Positions 9,873 through 20,488 are shown, counted from the stretch's first letter. The stretch: DNA of 64,000 nucleotides from Candidatus Babeliales bacterium (GCA_963722075.1 CAVRJM010000001.1:96001-160000), one strand, 5' to 3'. Made by a program: numbers and translations. The notes: generated by a model from the sequence alone, not told the origin.

Positions 9873-12761
9873 ATGATATATTTTAAGAAGAATTTATTGC
9901 TTTTCAGCGTTTTTTTAATTTTTTATGCACAATCAACCGTAAGAAATCAGCTACATAAGAATTATGTTATTGATTTACCATTTTATCCTACTCATTGTAA
10001 GGTTATCAAAAACGATTTTACTGCCTCAAATAACCCAGCAAAGCATATTGATCTTTTTTTAACCGGTACCAATCAAGAATTAAAAAATTCGTCATTATTA
10101 CGATGCGCTGTAATTAATAATCCGCATAAAAATGTAACGATACCTTCTAGCTTAATTTCTGAAACGCTCACTCTTAATAAGGAACCCAAACAGCCTAATC
10201 CGCTGTATGATAAAGATATTTCGTTATTGGGTACTTTTAATCAAAATCCGGTGGTAGTAACTAAGCAATCGCCGGCAACTATATGCATGCTAGAAAACTT
10301 TAAACTTGATCAACAAACTATGTTGATGACGTCAACCTTATGTGATGCTCAGGGCTTTCCATCTGCAGGTATCGTGGGATTAGCAACCGCACTAACCGGA
10401 ACTGCTCAACATGAATTGCATCCTTATGTTTTTGCTGCGGTCAAAAGAAATGAAGGTACTTTTGGCCAAGAGGGAAGTGGTATAGCAGTCGTAAAACATG
10501 ATAATAAGACTATTGAAGAAACCATAAAACATAATGATGGCAATGAAACTACCAACCAAAGAAAAGAGTATTTTTTTACCATTATGAATAATGGAGATGA
10601 ACCTGATCAAATTAAAGCTGCTTCCCTTATAAATAGTTCATTGTCAATTAACGGCGGTATTCCAATTGTTGCTGATGATATCGTTGATATGTGCTGGAAT
10701 CCTTATCTAGAAAGGTTATACGTTGCCTTGCAGGTAACTAATGCGCCAACAAATACAGAATTGCAAGGTTCGCGCGCTTTATTATTAGGGCGCATTGATT
10801 CACATGAGCGATTAGTTTTCGATCCTATTGCGCCTGATGATAGTTTTTATACTGATAATGCACTTATTGGCGCCTGTGGCAGTGGTAAGAAAATCTCATT
10901 ACACAAAGTACGTTCGATGCTTACTAGTACTGGATTTCCGTACTTAATAGTAATAGGTGGCGTTGGAGAGCCTACGCAGACATCAAAAAATATTTATGCG
11001 CTTCCTTTGACCGATACATCATTTAATAAAAAAAGAGTTGAGTTGATGGAGGATAAAAATCACGGCACTATAGCCTCTAAATATTCTATTACCGGTGATA
11101 ATTATATTGTGCTTGCTCGTGGACGTAAATTATACGGTCGCGATTACCAAGAATGGGCGCAATCTGCTGATCAAATGCCAGCGATGCATGATGCAGCAGT
11201 AAAAATAGGGGGCACTTTAGAATTACCTAATGAAATAACCGATGTTATTATTTGCGGTGATGCAATTTTTGTAACGATTGGTCAAGCAGGAAATGGGCAA
11301 TATCCTGGTATATTTCATTCACAAGCAATTCTTGATGGCCAAGGTCGTATTGTTAGTTGGACAGCATGGCAACGGGTTGGTGGTATTATCGAAGGCGTTC
11401 GAACGGCAATTATAAATCCTGAACATCATTTTTTTGGTTATTTACCTATGGATAAACCACAATTAATTTGTAAGGTGCAGATTGATTTATCAAAGACTGA
11501 TTCCCATAATAATGATGAATATGGTGATATTGCTGATCCCATAAATCAATTTTTTGCGCCTGAAGAAGGTGGTGTGCAAGGAATATTTGATTTTCCATGT
11601 GGGACTGCCGGGTTGGGAAATCAGCAATGCGTGAGTATGATGATTGCTACCGGCTATAAAAAAATTATGTTGCTTGAAACAGGAAGTAATGATACAAATG
11701 GTTATTTTCAACCCTATGTAAATCAATTTACTGATATAGAATATTGTCCGGAATCGACTATACCGGCAATCAATGTAGCTCAAGAAGAACCAAAGGTATT
11801 AGCATTATCAGGCGGTGTTCTTGATGAACTGGGGAGCATACTGGCAGCAGCAATAGTAACTGATGGGGCGTATTCTTGGATCGCGGTTGGCGGTATGCAT
11901 GGACTGGCTATTTTACAAGCAGCTGATGGTACCGGTTGGTGTAGTCAGCAGGGATTAGGAACGCACTTCAATGGTCTTAATAAGCCGATGGCTTTTAGAA
12001 AAATTGGTGCATATAAACAGATAAAAAAGCTTATAGCAAATGGTAATCAGCTGTATGTACTAACTAATACTAGTATGGAAAGAATAACATTGAATAGCGA
12101 TGTTATACAGAATAACGCGGTGAACTCGGTGCGCATAGCGCATGAAGCAAATAATGCATTCTTTGATTGCGTTATGTATGGGCCGTTGGCGATCATAGCA
12201 ACTGCTCAAGGATTGTTTTTTAATACGAGTGGCTCAATTGTGTATAATACTCTTGAAGAAATAAGCTGGAAAAAGATTAAATTACCCATTGCTGGCGTTG
12301 TTTCTAAGATTTTTGCTGTAAGTAGTAAAAGTCATGCTGGGTGCCAAGGACAGTTATATATTTCGGTGGGTGCCTTAACGCACAATAGTACCATGGTATA
12401 TCGTTTATATGTTCATGATGTATACCAAGAAGGTATAACTGATCATGCAGTTGAACTTATTCCGGATCATCAATTTTTTAATAAACCATTCCCGCTTGTT
12501 TCGTTTAATAGCTTTAGAGATTACTTTGCAACTGATGGTGCGCATTATTTTAGTGCTCGATCACGGCACTTGAATGAGCTGCCATTTTTACAAGCAGTTA
12601 CTTTACCGCATATTAAAAATCAATTGGCTATTGATGCTTATAGTTATACGATTCCACTTTATATAGGAAAATCAGCAAAGAAAATAAACGGTATTGTTCA
12701 AAATTCAGCAACAGGCAATTGGCTTATAGCGGGAGATTTTGGGCTACGAATACATAATTAA
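9873..12761 (+). CDS. Large secreted beta-rich hypothetical protein (propeller-like)
   Basis: Signal peptide; 962 aa with repeated short beta-strand blades (RLYVAL, AIFVTI, QLYVLT, QLYISV, NWLIAGDFG). Confidence 0.75.
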   Translation: MIYFKKNLLLFSVFLIFYAQSTVRNQLHKNYVIDLPFYPTHCKVIKNDFTASNNPAKHIDLFLTGTNQELKNSSLLRCAVINNPHKNVTIPSSLISETLTLNKEPKQPNPLYDKDISLLGTFNQNPVVVTKQSPATICMLENFKLDQQTMLMTSTLCDAQGFPSAGIVGLATALTGTAQHELHPYVFAAVKRNEGTFGQEGSGIAVVKHDNKTIEETIKHNDGNETTNQRKEYFFTIMNNGDEPDQIKAASLINSSLSINGGIPIVADDIVDMCWNPYLERLYVALQVTNAPTNTELQGSRALLLGRIDSHERLVFDPIAPDDSFYTDNALIGACGSGKKISLHKVRSMLTSTGFPYLIVIGGVGEPTQTSKNIYALPLTDTSFNKKRVELMEDKNHGTIASKYSITGDNYIVLARGRKLYGRDYQEWAQSADQMPAMHDAAVKIGGTLELPNEITDVIICGDAIFVTIGQAGNGQYPGIFHSQAILDGQGRIVSWTAWQRVGGIIEGVRTAIINPEHHFFGYLPMDKPQLICKVQIDLSKTDSHNNDEYGDIADPINQFFAPEEGGVQGIFDFPCGTAGLGNQQCVSMMIATGYKKIMLLETGSNDTNGYFQPYVNQFTDIEYCPESTIPAINVAQEEPKVLALSGGVLDELGSILAAAIVTDGAYSWIAVGGMHGLAILQAADGTGWCSQQGLGTHFNGLNKPMAFRKIGAYKQIKKLIANGNQLYVLTNTSMERITLNSDVIQNNAVNSVRIAHEANNAFFDCVMYGPLAIIATAQGLFFNTSGSIVYNTLEEISWKKIKLPIAGVVSKIFAVSSKSHAGCQGQLYISVGALTHNSTMVYRLYVHDVYQEGITDHAVELIPDHQFFNKPFPLVSFNSFRDYFATDGAHYFSARSRHLNELPFLQAVTLPHIKNQLAIDAYSYTIPLYIGKSAKKINGIVQNSATGNWLIAGDFGLRIHN

Positions 12762-12784
12762 TCTTAAATAAGGAAAAGTAACGT

Positions 12785-14056
12785 ATGGCATTAAGAATAA
12801 TGACAAAAGCAGTATTAATATTATGTTCAATAACGTTTTTAACGCCAATTTTGGCAGACTTTTTTCCTATTAACTTCTTTAGACCATGGGATATCAATTT
12901 ACGGCCACCCGAATGGTGCGGTGCGCCGTTGCAGGTTACCGGATTTTATGAAGGCGGTATTAAAAGTTGGGGGTACAATGCCCATAATAATGCGGTGAAC
13001 GTTTTGCAAATTTTTGATGCAACACAAGATTCGCTTGCCATGTTACAAGGATTCCCACCTGATAGCATTGAGAGTCAATTTTTTAATAATGTTTTATTAA
13101 ATCCTCAAGATGATGGAATACGAGGGCATTTTAAGGTTACGGGGGATTTCAGTTTATTGGCAAATGCAGTTCTATGTGCGCGCTACCATTTTTGCCATAA
13201 CATAATGGTTGGTTTTTTTGTTCCTGTCTTATCAATGCAGCTCAGGAATGTTCAGTTTACTGATTTAACGAAAGATTTAACTCTGGAAGATGAAATTGTT
13301 AGAGAGAATCTTACCCAAAATTTTGTTCAAACAATAAAACTATTTGACCCTGAACTTAATTTAACCGGATGGAGAAAAACCGGATTTGGTGACTGTGTAC
13401 TATTAGCAGAATGGCTTAGATTTTTTGAGCAAGATAAAGAATATTTGAAAAACGTAGCATTAAATGTGCGCGGTGGTGTTTCATTTCCAACGGGATTCAA
13501 AACCGATGTAAATGATATTTTCTTTATCCCTTCCGGTTTTGATGGATCATGGGGATTGATTTTTGGCGCGGGCCTTATTCTTAATTGGATTGATTATGTA
13601 CGCGCTGGCGTTGATTTTGAATTTCTTACGCTCTTTGGTAACACACGGGTTCGACGAATAAAAGTAAGCCCGGGGCAAACCGATTTACTGTTTTTAGCCA
13701 AAGCGCGTGCGCATACTGAAGATGGTTTTACTCAGCGCTATAATATATTTGGTGAGTTGTTTCGTTTTTATCGCGGACTTTCCGCTTCAGTTATATATCA
13801 ATATTGGAAACATAGTGAAGATAGATTAGCCTTATTTACTAATGATTTTTCTACACAAATTGCTAATACGGCGCATAATTTACAAGAATGGACAATCCAC
13901 CAATTTATTTTTAAAATTGATTATGATTTTCAAGAAGATATTGATCAAATGTCATGGTTTAAACCGCAGTTGCAATTGTTTTATAAACTGCCGTTTAACG
14001 GAAGCAGGGCGGTAGTAGCACAAACGGTAGGATTTGGTATCACCCTTAATTTCTAA
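12785..14056 (+). CDS. Putative outer-membrane beta-barrel protein
   Basis: Signal peptide ILA|D; alternating amphipathic strands; C-terminal VGFGITLNF resembles a Bam beta-signal. Confidence 0.7.
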   Translation: MALRIMTKAVLILCSITFLTPILADFFPINFFRPWDINLRPPEWCGAPLQVTGFYEGGIKSWGYNAHNNAVNVLQIFDATQDSLAMLQGFPPDSIESQFFNNVLLNPQDDGIRGHFKVTGDFSLLANAVLCARYHFCHNIMVGFFVPVLSMQLRNVQFTDLTKDLTLEDEIVRENLTQNFVQTIKLFDPELNLTGWRKTGFGDCVLLAEWLRFFEQDKEYLKNVALNVRGGVSFPTGFKTDVNDIFFIPSGFDGSWGLIFGAGLILNWIDYVRAGVDFEFLTLFGNTRVRRIKVSPGQTDLLFLAKARAHTEDGFTQRYNIFGELFRFYRGLSASVIYQYWKHSEDRLALFTNDFSTQIANTAHNLQEWTIHQFIFKIDYDFQEDIDQMSWFKPQLQLFYKLPFNGSRAVVAQTVGFGITLNF

Positions 14057-14077
14057 GTTTTATTGGGTTAAAATGAA

Positions 14078-14107
14078 TGTCATCCTGAACGGAGTGTAAG
14101 GATCCAG
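14078..14107 (+). repeat. CGTC-type palindromic repeat
   Basis: TGTCATCCTGAACGGAGTGTAAGGATCCAG. Confidence 0.75.
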
Positions 14108-14165
14108 TTAATAAATAAATCAAAATTCAAACATTTAGTATAAAATTCAAAGGAGAGATTGGTAC

Positions 14166-15686
14166 ATGTATAAAAAGATATTTTTCCTATTATTAATACC
14201 CATTTACTTAAACGCCGTGTCATATCGATTAGGAAATTCTAATTGTCAGCAAGGTTTTTTTAGTATTTTTCATACAGTATTGGGCGCCTTAGATTTTTAC
14301 GAAACCAATGAAGAATGTACTGGCTTAGTAATAGATTTTGGCACCAATGATTACTATTACGACCCTTCATATGGCTCTAATTGGTGGGAATATTATTTTG
14401 AACCCATTAAGCTTGGCATGGTTGATACTGTCGATAAAGATTTTGTTACGTATAAAAATATTATTTTTAGTAATATTGGACAATTCCTATTACCGCTTGA
14501 TCATGCTCATGAGCTTATTAATAAGTATATAAAAATTAAACCAGCTATCCAAAACAAAGTTGATTCCTTTGTGCAGGAACATTTTGACAGTAAAAAAGTA
14601 ATTGGCGTTCATTATCGAGGCACAGATAAAAAATCTGAAGCGCCGAAAGTTCCTTATGAATATGTTGCAAATTTATTAAAGAGAGAATATATCACCGATC
14701 CCGCTATTTATTTTTTTGTGGCAACCGATGATCAACTGTTTCTTGATTTTATAAAAACTATTTTTCCCCATAAAATAATCTATATTGATGCATTACGCTC
14801 TTGCGATGACCATAATGTACATTCCGCTGCATGTGAAAGTCCATATAAAAAAGGAGAACAGGCCCTTATGGACTGTTTATTACTTTCACGATGTTCAAAG
14901 CTGTATAAAACCGCTTCTCATTTAAGTGATTGCTCAATAAAATTTAATCCCGCTCTTCCGGTAGTGCATATTTGTAAAAGCTTTTTTGAAAGTAATTATT
15001 ATAACTTCTATCATACCCATAAAACGGTGGGAGCGATCATAGATCTTTTAGATGGGTACGAAAAAAAAGAAAATGAAGGATTCTCGGTTTTCCTTCCTAT
15101 GCATACTCAAGAGAATTGGTGGGATCAATTTTTTGAACCGCTTGCAGTTGGTAATAAACAACTGACACAATTGCATGATTATGATTTAACGGTACACGCA
15201 TTACCATGTCTTTTTGATATGCCGCGCACACGAGGCAATGAGTTATTTAAAAAATATTTAGTATTTAAACCAGCCCTTCAAGAAAAAATAAAAAATTTTA
15301 TACAAAAGTATTGCCCAAATAAGTATATACTTGGGGCTTACTTCAGAAAACATGAATTATTAACACCAATCGATAATCAAGCATTTATTGATATGTTAAA
15401 AAGTGAGATTGCAAAAATAAATCAGGATTATGTTGTTTTAGTGTTTTGTGATGAGGCATTGTTCTTTCAAGATTTAATAAACAATAATATCTATCAAATA
15501 GCCAGTCCGCTATTAGATAAAAGCTTAGTTTCTGAAGTTCGCGGTGAGTTTGAATTACTGAGCTTGGCAATTCTTGCTCACGCCGATAAAATAATAGGCG
15601 CAGGAGCCACCGGATTGAAACTTCTGGGGCATATGAATGCTGATATGCCTATTATTGAATATGAAAAATCTTGGTTAGAACAATAA
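14166..15686 (+). CDS. Secreted NodZ-like (GT23-type) fucosyltransferase with an internally duplicated domain
   Basis: IGVHYRGTDK, FFVATDD, ALMDCLLLSRC; second copy NWWDQFFEPL..LGAYFRK..LVFCDE. Confidence 0.75.
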   Translation: MYKKIFFLLLIPIYLNAVSYRLGNSNCQQGFFSIFHTVLGALDFYETNEECTGLVIDFGTNDYYYDPSYGSNWWEYYFEPIKLGMVDTVDKDFVTYKNIIFSNIGQFLLPLDHAHELINKYIKIKPAIQNKVDSFVQEHFDSKKVIGVHYRGTDKKSEAPKVPYEYVANLLKREYITDPAIYFFVATDDQLFLDFIKTIFPHKIIYIDALRSCDDHNVHSAACESPYKKGEQALMDCLLLSRCSKLYKTASHLSDCSIKFNPALPVVHICKSFFESNYYNFYHTHKTVGAIIDLLDGYEKKENEGFSVFLPMHTQENWWDQFFEPLAVGNKQLTQLHDYDLTVHALPCLFDMPRTRGNELFKKYLVFKPALQEKIKNFIQKYCPNKYILGAYFRKHELLTPIDNQAFIDMLKSEIAKINQDYVVLVFCDEALFFQDLINNNIYQIASPLLDKSLVSEVRGEFELLSLAILAHADKIIGAGATGLKLLGHMNADMPIIEYEKSWLEQ

Positions 15687-15699
15687 CGGCGTTTTTAAC

Positions 15700-17892
15700 T
15701 CAGTATGTTTTTTCTTTCGCTTTAGTACCAACGCCAGCATTTTTAAAATGATATTCTTCAAAGCCAAGCGTAATGATGGTATCGATAAAATCCATCGGTT
15801 TCATACCAATTTCAGCCGCTTGATGGAAAATGCAGGTTGCGGGCGTTAATCCTGGCAAGGTATTAATTTCCAAAATAATGAGTCGTTGTATGCCGGTTGG
15901 GCTTTGCAATGCGTTTTGGTAGAAGCAATCAATGCGCGCATACCCTTTAGCGTTAACTGTTTTATAAACATTGCCAATGGTTTCTTGTATAAATGAAATG
16001 GCTTCAGAAGGTAAATGCGCAGGTGTTTGGTTTTCACCCGCACCAGGTAAAAATTTCTCTTCAATGGATAATATATCATGTTGTGCTACTACTTGGCTTG
16101 GCGGTAACACCTGCAGGGTATGATTACCAAGAACGCCTACGGTGAGCTCGGTTCCTTTGATAAATTCTTCAATCAATAATGTATTTTTTTGTCCGGTAGC
16201 AAACACCGTATCAACAAATTGCTCAAGCTCTTGAATAGTATATGCTTTTGATACTAATACACTGCAGCCATCATCATGAGGCTTTATAATGCAGGGAAAA
16301 GAAAATTGTTGTTGTATTACAGTAAGCTGCGTATCTTTTGATGAGAACCATTCTTGAGCGGTAATTAATAGTGATGAAGGGACATCAAATCCCTCTGTTT
16401 TAAGGAGTTCATTAGTTTTATATTTATTCATACATAAAGCGCTGGTAAGCACTGAAGAGCCATTATAAGGAATGCCTAGTAGTTCAAACGTACCTTGAAT
16501 AGAGCCGTTTTCACCTTCACCGCCATGCAGCCCAATAAAAGCAAAATCAATGAGGTGCGGTAATTCATCCCAATTAATTGATTGTGCTTTTTCTAAATCA
16601 ACTTCTATTTCTTTTGTTGAATTACGAACAAGCATTTTTTGATCGATATGATGCAGCGTTAATTTGCTGCTTACAAAAATAGGGAAAGCATCATATTTCT
16701 CAGGTGATAATTTGTATAAAATATTTCTTCCTGATTCAAGTGAAATCTCTTTTTCATTAGATCTACCGCCTAAAAAAACACCGACGCGAATTTTATTATG
16801 TGTAGAAAGATCTGGTTTGGTTTGTATCATCATTTTCTTATCAACATATTTAAGTTCATTTTCAATTAAATAATTAATAATTTGGGTGTGGTTCATATTG
16901 AGTTCTGCCGCTTGCCGGAATAAAAAGCTGGCAGGACTCATTCCTGAAAGGCTATTAGGATCAATAATAACAATGGTATTGTTATCTGTTACAAATCCAT
17001 CAATGCGCGCCATAGTAAGTTCAAGTATACGCATAACTGATAAACATGTTTGTTGGATTTTTTGTATGAGTTCAGCACTTGCACGTGCAGGAGTAAATTT
17101 TGTAGCTTTTCCGGGCATATATTTTTGTTCATAATCAAAAAAATCTGTATCAGGAATAATTTCAGTAGGTGGCAATAAAAGAACATCATTATGCATTTGA
17201 TTGCCTAAAATAATGCAAGAAAATTCCATACCATTAATTCTTTGTTCAATCAGAACGTCTTGTATTCGGTTTTCATCGATATGTGCAGCAGTAATAATTG
17301 CTTCTAATAATGATGGCATGGTATACGCTATTGATATGCCTAAGCTAGAACCTTCAAAAGCGGGTTTTACTATACAGGGAAAAGTAAGATGAGCGCAATA
17401 GAAAAGGGGTTCGAGCGTTTCCAATGTTAATGTAGCCAGTTGATAAGCGGAAATATAAAATCCTTCAGGGACGGCAATGCCGTGATGCTTTAAAAATTTT
17501 TTTTGAATGATTTTATTCATTGATAAAGCACTGCCAAATACTTTTGATCCTACATAAGGAATTTGTAAGATTTCTAGAAAACCTTGAATGGTACCATCTT
17601 CGGCAAATGAACCATGAAGTGCTATATACATAAAATCAATAAGTTTTTTTAGATCATCCCAGGTAATTTTTTTTGCTTCTTCAATAAGGCGATGCTCAAA
17701 ATCGGCAATTTTTCCCCGGTACAGAAATTTCCACGGTAATAAATATAGTGATCCATTACCCGATTGAAAAATAGGAATGATATCATATCTCGATGTATCT
17801 AAGTGATCGCATATGGTTCTTCCGGAATTAAACGAAACTTCGCGTTCTATAGATTTTCCACCCATTAAAACGCCGACTCTTAATTTTTCCAT
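15700..17892 (-). CDS. ddl: Tandem two-domain D-alanine--D-alanine ligase family protein
   Basis: Two complete ATP-grasp Ddl units: GGKSIEREVS/GGRSNEKEIS, LHGSFAEDG/LHGGEGENG, ARIDGF/ARIDCF, DPNSLSG/EINTLPG. Confidence 0.9.
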   Translation of the reverse strand: MEKLRVGVLMGGKSIEREVSFNSGRTICDHLDTSRYDIIPIFQSGNGSLYLLPWKFLYRGKIADFEHRLIEEAKKITWDDLKKLIDFMYIALHGSFAEDGTIQGFLEILQIPYVGSKVFGSALSMNKIIQKKFLKHHGIAVPEGFYISAYQLATLTLETLEPLFYCAHLTFPCIVKPAFEGSSLGISIAYTMPSLLEAIITAAHIDENRIQDVLIEQRINGMEFSCIILGNQMHNDVLLLPPTEIIPDTDFFDYEQKYMPGKATKFTPARASAELIQKIQQTCLSVMRILELTMARIDGFVTDNNTIVIIDPNSLSGMSPASFLFRQAAELNMNHTQIINYLIENELKYVDKKMMIQTKPDLSTHNKIRVGVFLGGRSNEKEISLESGRNILYKLSPEKYDAFPIFVSSKLTLHHIDQKMLVRNSTKEIEVDLEKAQSINWDELPHLIDFAFIGLHGGEGENGSIQGTFELLGIPYNGSSVLTSALCMNKYKTNELLKTEGFDVPSSLLITAQEWFSSKDTQLTVIQQQFSFPCIIKPHDDGCSVLVSKAYTIQELEQFVDTVFATGQKNTLLIEEFIKGTELTVGVLGNHTLQVLPPSQVVAQHDILSIEEKFLPGAGENQTPAHLPSEAISFIQETIGNVYKTVNAKGYARIDCFYQNALQSPTGIQRLIILEINTLPGLTPATCIFHQAAEIGMKPMDFIDTIITLGFEEYHFKNAGVGTKAKEKTY

Positions 17893-17986
17893 GGTCCCCT
17901 TAAAGTAAACGTTCGATTTATTTTTTTTATTATTTTATGATACATTTTAATTTTAAAAAAGTTATTAACAATGAAAAAAGATCATT

Positions 17987-18261
17987 ATGAAATTAAATAA
18001 ATCAATTTTTCTATTGATTACATCAATAATGTTGTATGGCTATGCGATGAAACGCGAAAGAAATGGAATTCAGCAGATTATTGTGTCAGATAGAATGTTT
18101 GAACCGAATAAGCTACCTGAAGCAGCACAAGAAAATAAACAATTGAATAAACTCATAAAAACAGATAAAAAAAAGAAAAAAAACCAAAAAATGATTCATT
18201 TGAAAATGATACATTTGTACCAGAGGTAGGTGTTTTTCATATGGAAATGGAGAATACCTAA
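17987..18261 (+). CDS. Small secreted hypothetical protein with a probable 1-nt frameshift in a poly-A tract
   Basis: Signal peptide YGYA|MK. Adding one A in the 18167-18183 A-runs gives KPKNDSFENDTFVPEVGVFHMEMENT*, whose stop overlaps the orn start (TAATG). Confidence 0.55.
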
Positions 18262-18842
18262 TGGATCGCCAAACAAATTTTATCTGGATTGATTTGGAGA
18301 TGACGGGCCTTACTATACCACAAGATGTAATTTTAGAAATAGCAGCAGTGGTGACTGATAAAGATCTCAATATTATTGCCCAAGGACCATCGTTAGTAAT
18401 AAAGCAACCGGATTGCGTTTTAGAAACGATGAACGATTGGTGTAAAAAGCAACATGCGTTATCAGGTCTTACGCAAGAAGTTAAATCAGCGTCTCTTTCT
18501 TTAGCACAAGCAGAAGATCAGGTTTGTGAATTTATAAAAGATTATTGCATAAAAGGAAAAGCAATCCTTTGTGGGAATTCTATTTGGCAGGATAAAGCAT
18601 TTATTCAGTATTACATGCCTACATTAAATAGTTTTTTTCATTATAAAATTGTAGATGTGAGTTCTATAAAGGAATTAGTCATTCGTTGGTATCCAAAAAG
18701 CCCGTATGCTGATATAAAAAAAACAGATAAGCATCGCGCGCTGCCAGATATTTTAGAATCAATTAACGTGCTTATAAATTATCGCACCCATTTCTTTGTA
18801 CCTGAATCTGTTGTCGCCTATCAAGAATCAGGACAACGATAG
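18261..18842 (+). CDS. orn: Oligoribonuclease
   Basis: IWIDLEMTGL, LCGNSIWQD, VDVSSIKEL, HRALPDILESI. Confidence 0.95.
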   Translation: MDRQTNFIWIDLEMTGLTIPQDVILEIAAVVTDKDLNIIAQGPSLVIKQPDCVLETMNDWCKKQHALSGLTQEVKSASLSLAQAEDQVCEFIKDYCIKGKAILCGNSIWQDKAFIQYYMPTLNSFFHYKIVDVSSIKELVIRWYPKSPYADIKKTDKHRALPDILESINVLINYRTHFFVPESVVAYQESGQR

Positions 18843-18857
18843 GCTTCTTATTGAAGA

Positions 18858-18885
18858 TTGACAAATAAAAATATTTTTGTAAAAT
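18858..18885 (+). promoter_or_regulatory. sigma70-type promoter
   Basis: TTGACA-N16-TAAAAT. Confidence 0.55.
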
Positions 18886-19078
18886 AGTATATATATAATT
18901 GTATAATTTTTATTTGTTGATTATGAGTATTAAAATGGAAAAGAAAAATTTTTTATGGAGCATCAAATAAAATCAGCAGGGGTACTATACCAGAAGATCC
19001 TACCTACCCAAGCGATTATTTAAGATACAGTATCGGTAAAAATCTATTAATAGCATAATATTCATTGAGGTGTAACAT

Positions 19079-19801
19079 ATGCAATTGAATAAATACCTGG
19101 CTCATGGAGGCATTTGTTCACGGCGAAAAGCAGTTGAGCTTATTAAACAGGGTTTAGTTACGGTAAACGGAAAAATAATTACTATTCCCGAGTTGATGGT
19201 TACTACAAACGATAAGGTATTTTTTAATAAAAGAAGAGTACAAATTTGCCACTCAAATGTATATATCGTTCTTAATAAACCAGCTGGCTATATTACCACA
19301 ACATCCGATGAAAAAGGGCGCCCTACGGTGATGGATTTATTGCCTAAATCATTATCTAAACATAAATTATATCCCGTTGGAAGGCTTGATAGTGATACCA
19401 CTGGTCTTTTACTCATTACTAATGATGGTCAGTTAGCGCATCACTTATCGCACCCGCGTTATGAAATACAAAAAGTGTACTTAGTAACGCTTGATAAATC
19501 ATTGTATACCGAAGATATTCTTCGCCTAAAAAAAGGAATATACCTAAATGACGGTATCGTAACATTAGATACAATTACGGTACTTAATATTGCAAGGACA
19601 CGTCTTAAAGTTACGATCCATAGTGGTAAGAATAGAATACTGCGCCGTATTTTCGAGCAGTTAAATTATAGCGTTCTTACGTTGGAACGAGTTTCTTTTT
19701 CTTCTATCACCAAAAATAAATTACCACGTGGTTGTTATCGTTTATTAAGCAATTTTGAAGTAGATCGTCTTAAAACTGCATTTCCTCAACTTGACCGCTA
19801 A
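19079..19801 (+). CDS. rRNA pseudouridine synthase (RsuA/RluB family)
   Basis: S4 domain LNKYLAHGGICSRRKA; LNKPAG; PVGRLDSDTTGLLLITNDG. Confidence 0.93.
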   Translation: MQLNKYLAHGGICSRRKAVELIKQGLVTVNGKIITIPELMVTTNDKVFFNKRRVQICHSNVYIVLNKPAGYITTTSDEKGRPTVMDLLPKSLSKHKLYPVGRLDSDTTGLLLITNDGQLAHHLSHPRYEIQKVYLVTLDKSLYTEDILRLKKGIYLNDGIVTLDTITVLNIARTRLKVTIHSGKNRILRRIFEQLNYSVLTLERVSFSSITKNKLPRGCYRLLSNFEVDRLKTAFPQLDR

Positions 19802-20105
19802 GCTCATGAAACTTCTGCGGACATTGCATAAGCACTTCATATAAAACTGCTTGTATTACATGAGATTTATTATAACTAAGGATTGTTTTAAGGAATTCAA
19901 CTCGTTGATACTCTACATAATCATCACCACAGACAACAGCGGTAAGTTTGTTTTGTGCCGATTCTCTTAATGTTACGTCGTTGGGTTTGTTAACGAGTTT
20001 TTGTAATGTTTTATCAAATATAGAAATTTCGTGATCGAAATTGCTCAAGATGCTGCTACTATACAGGATAACCGTTGTGCATATTGCTATTTTTTTTATA
20101 TTCAT
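19770..20105 (-). CDS. Small secreted protein, two-Cys family B
   Basis: Signal peptide; FDKTLQKL..VVC..LMQCPQKF. Confidence 0.7.
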   Translation of the reverse strand: MNIKKIAICTTVILYSSSILSNFDHEISIFDKTLQKLVNKPNDVTLRESAQNKLTAVVCGDDYVEYQRVEFLKTILSYNKSHVIQAVLYEVLMQCPQKFHELSGQVEEMQF

Positions 20106-20119
20106 ATAATTCTTTCTTA

Positions 20120-20488
20120 TTATAATTCGGTTTTCATCTCATTTTTTACGCTATTATACATTTCTAGAATCTCATGATGAAAGTTTCGCACTATTGCGTA
20201 AAACCCTGAGCATTGCTCATAAGTATCAATTAATAATAGATTGATGGTCGGGTGAGATTGATTTTCATATAACACATTAAAATATTGAATTTTAGTTTCT
20301 AGGAGATTGCCTCGAGTACACATTACTTCAATAAATGATGTTCGAACCTCATCCAAAGCGGAATCAGAATAGCTTTGAGTAAGTTCAGTGACTGTTTTTT
20401 TGAACGCATCAAGCGGAATAACTTCGCTCAAAACTGATATTTGGTAACTTATTAAAAAAATATATATGAGGGTTTTTTGTATATTCAT
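20120..20488 (-). CDS. Small secreted protein, two-Cys family B
   Basis: Signal peptide; FKKTVTEL..VMC..YEQCSGFY. Confidence 0.7.
   Translation of the reverse strand: MNIQKTLIYIFLISYQISVLSEVIPLDAFKKTVTELTQSYSDSALDEVRTSFIEVMCTRGNLLETKIQYFNVLYENQSHPTINLLLIDTYEQCSGFYAIVRNFHHEILEMYNSVKNEMKTEL

Noticed and set aside
15846..17392. Short ORFs overlapping ddl, and similar shadow ORFs over gatB, bamA, cysS and the giant genes
   Set aside because: Antisense or alternative-frame by-products of long real genes, with no RBS or recognisable motifs.
18936..19058. Possible small ORF remnant between orn and the pseudouridine synthase
   Set aside because: Needs a frameshift and has no recognisable similarity.
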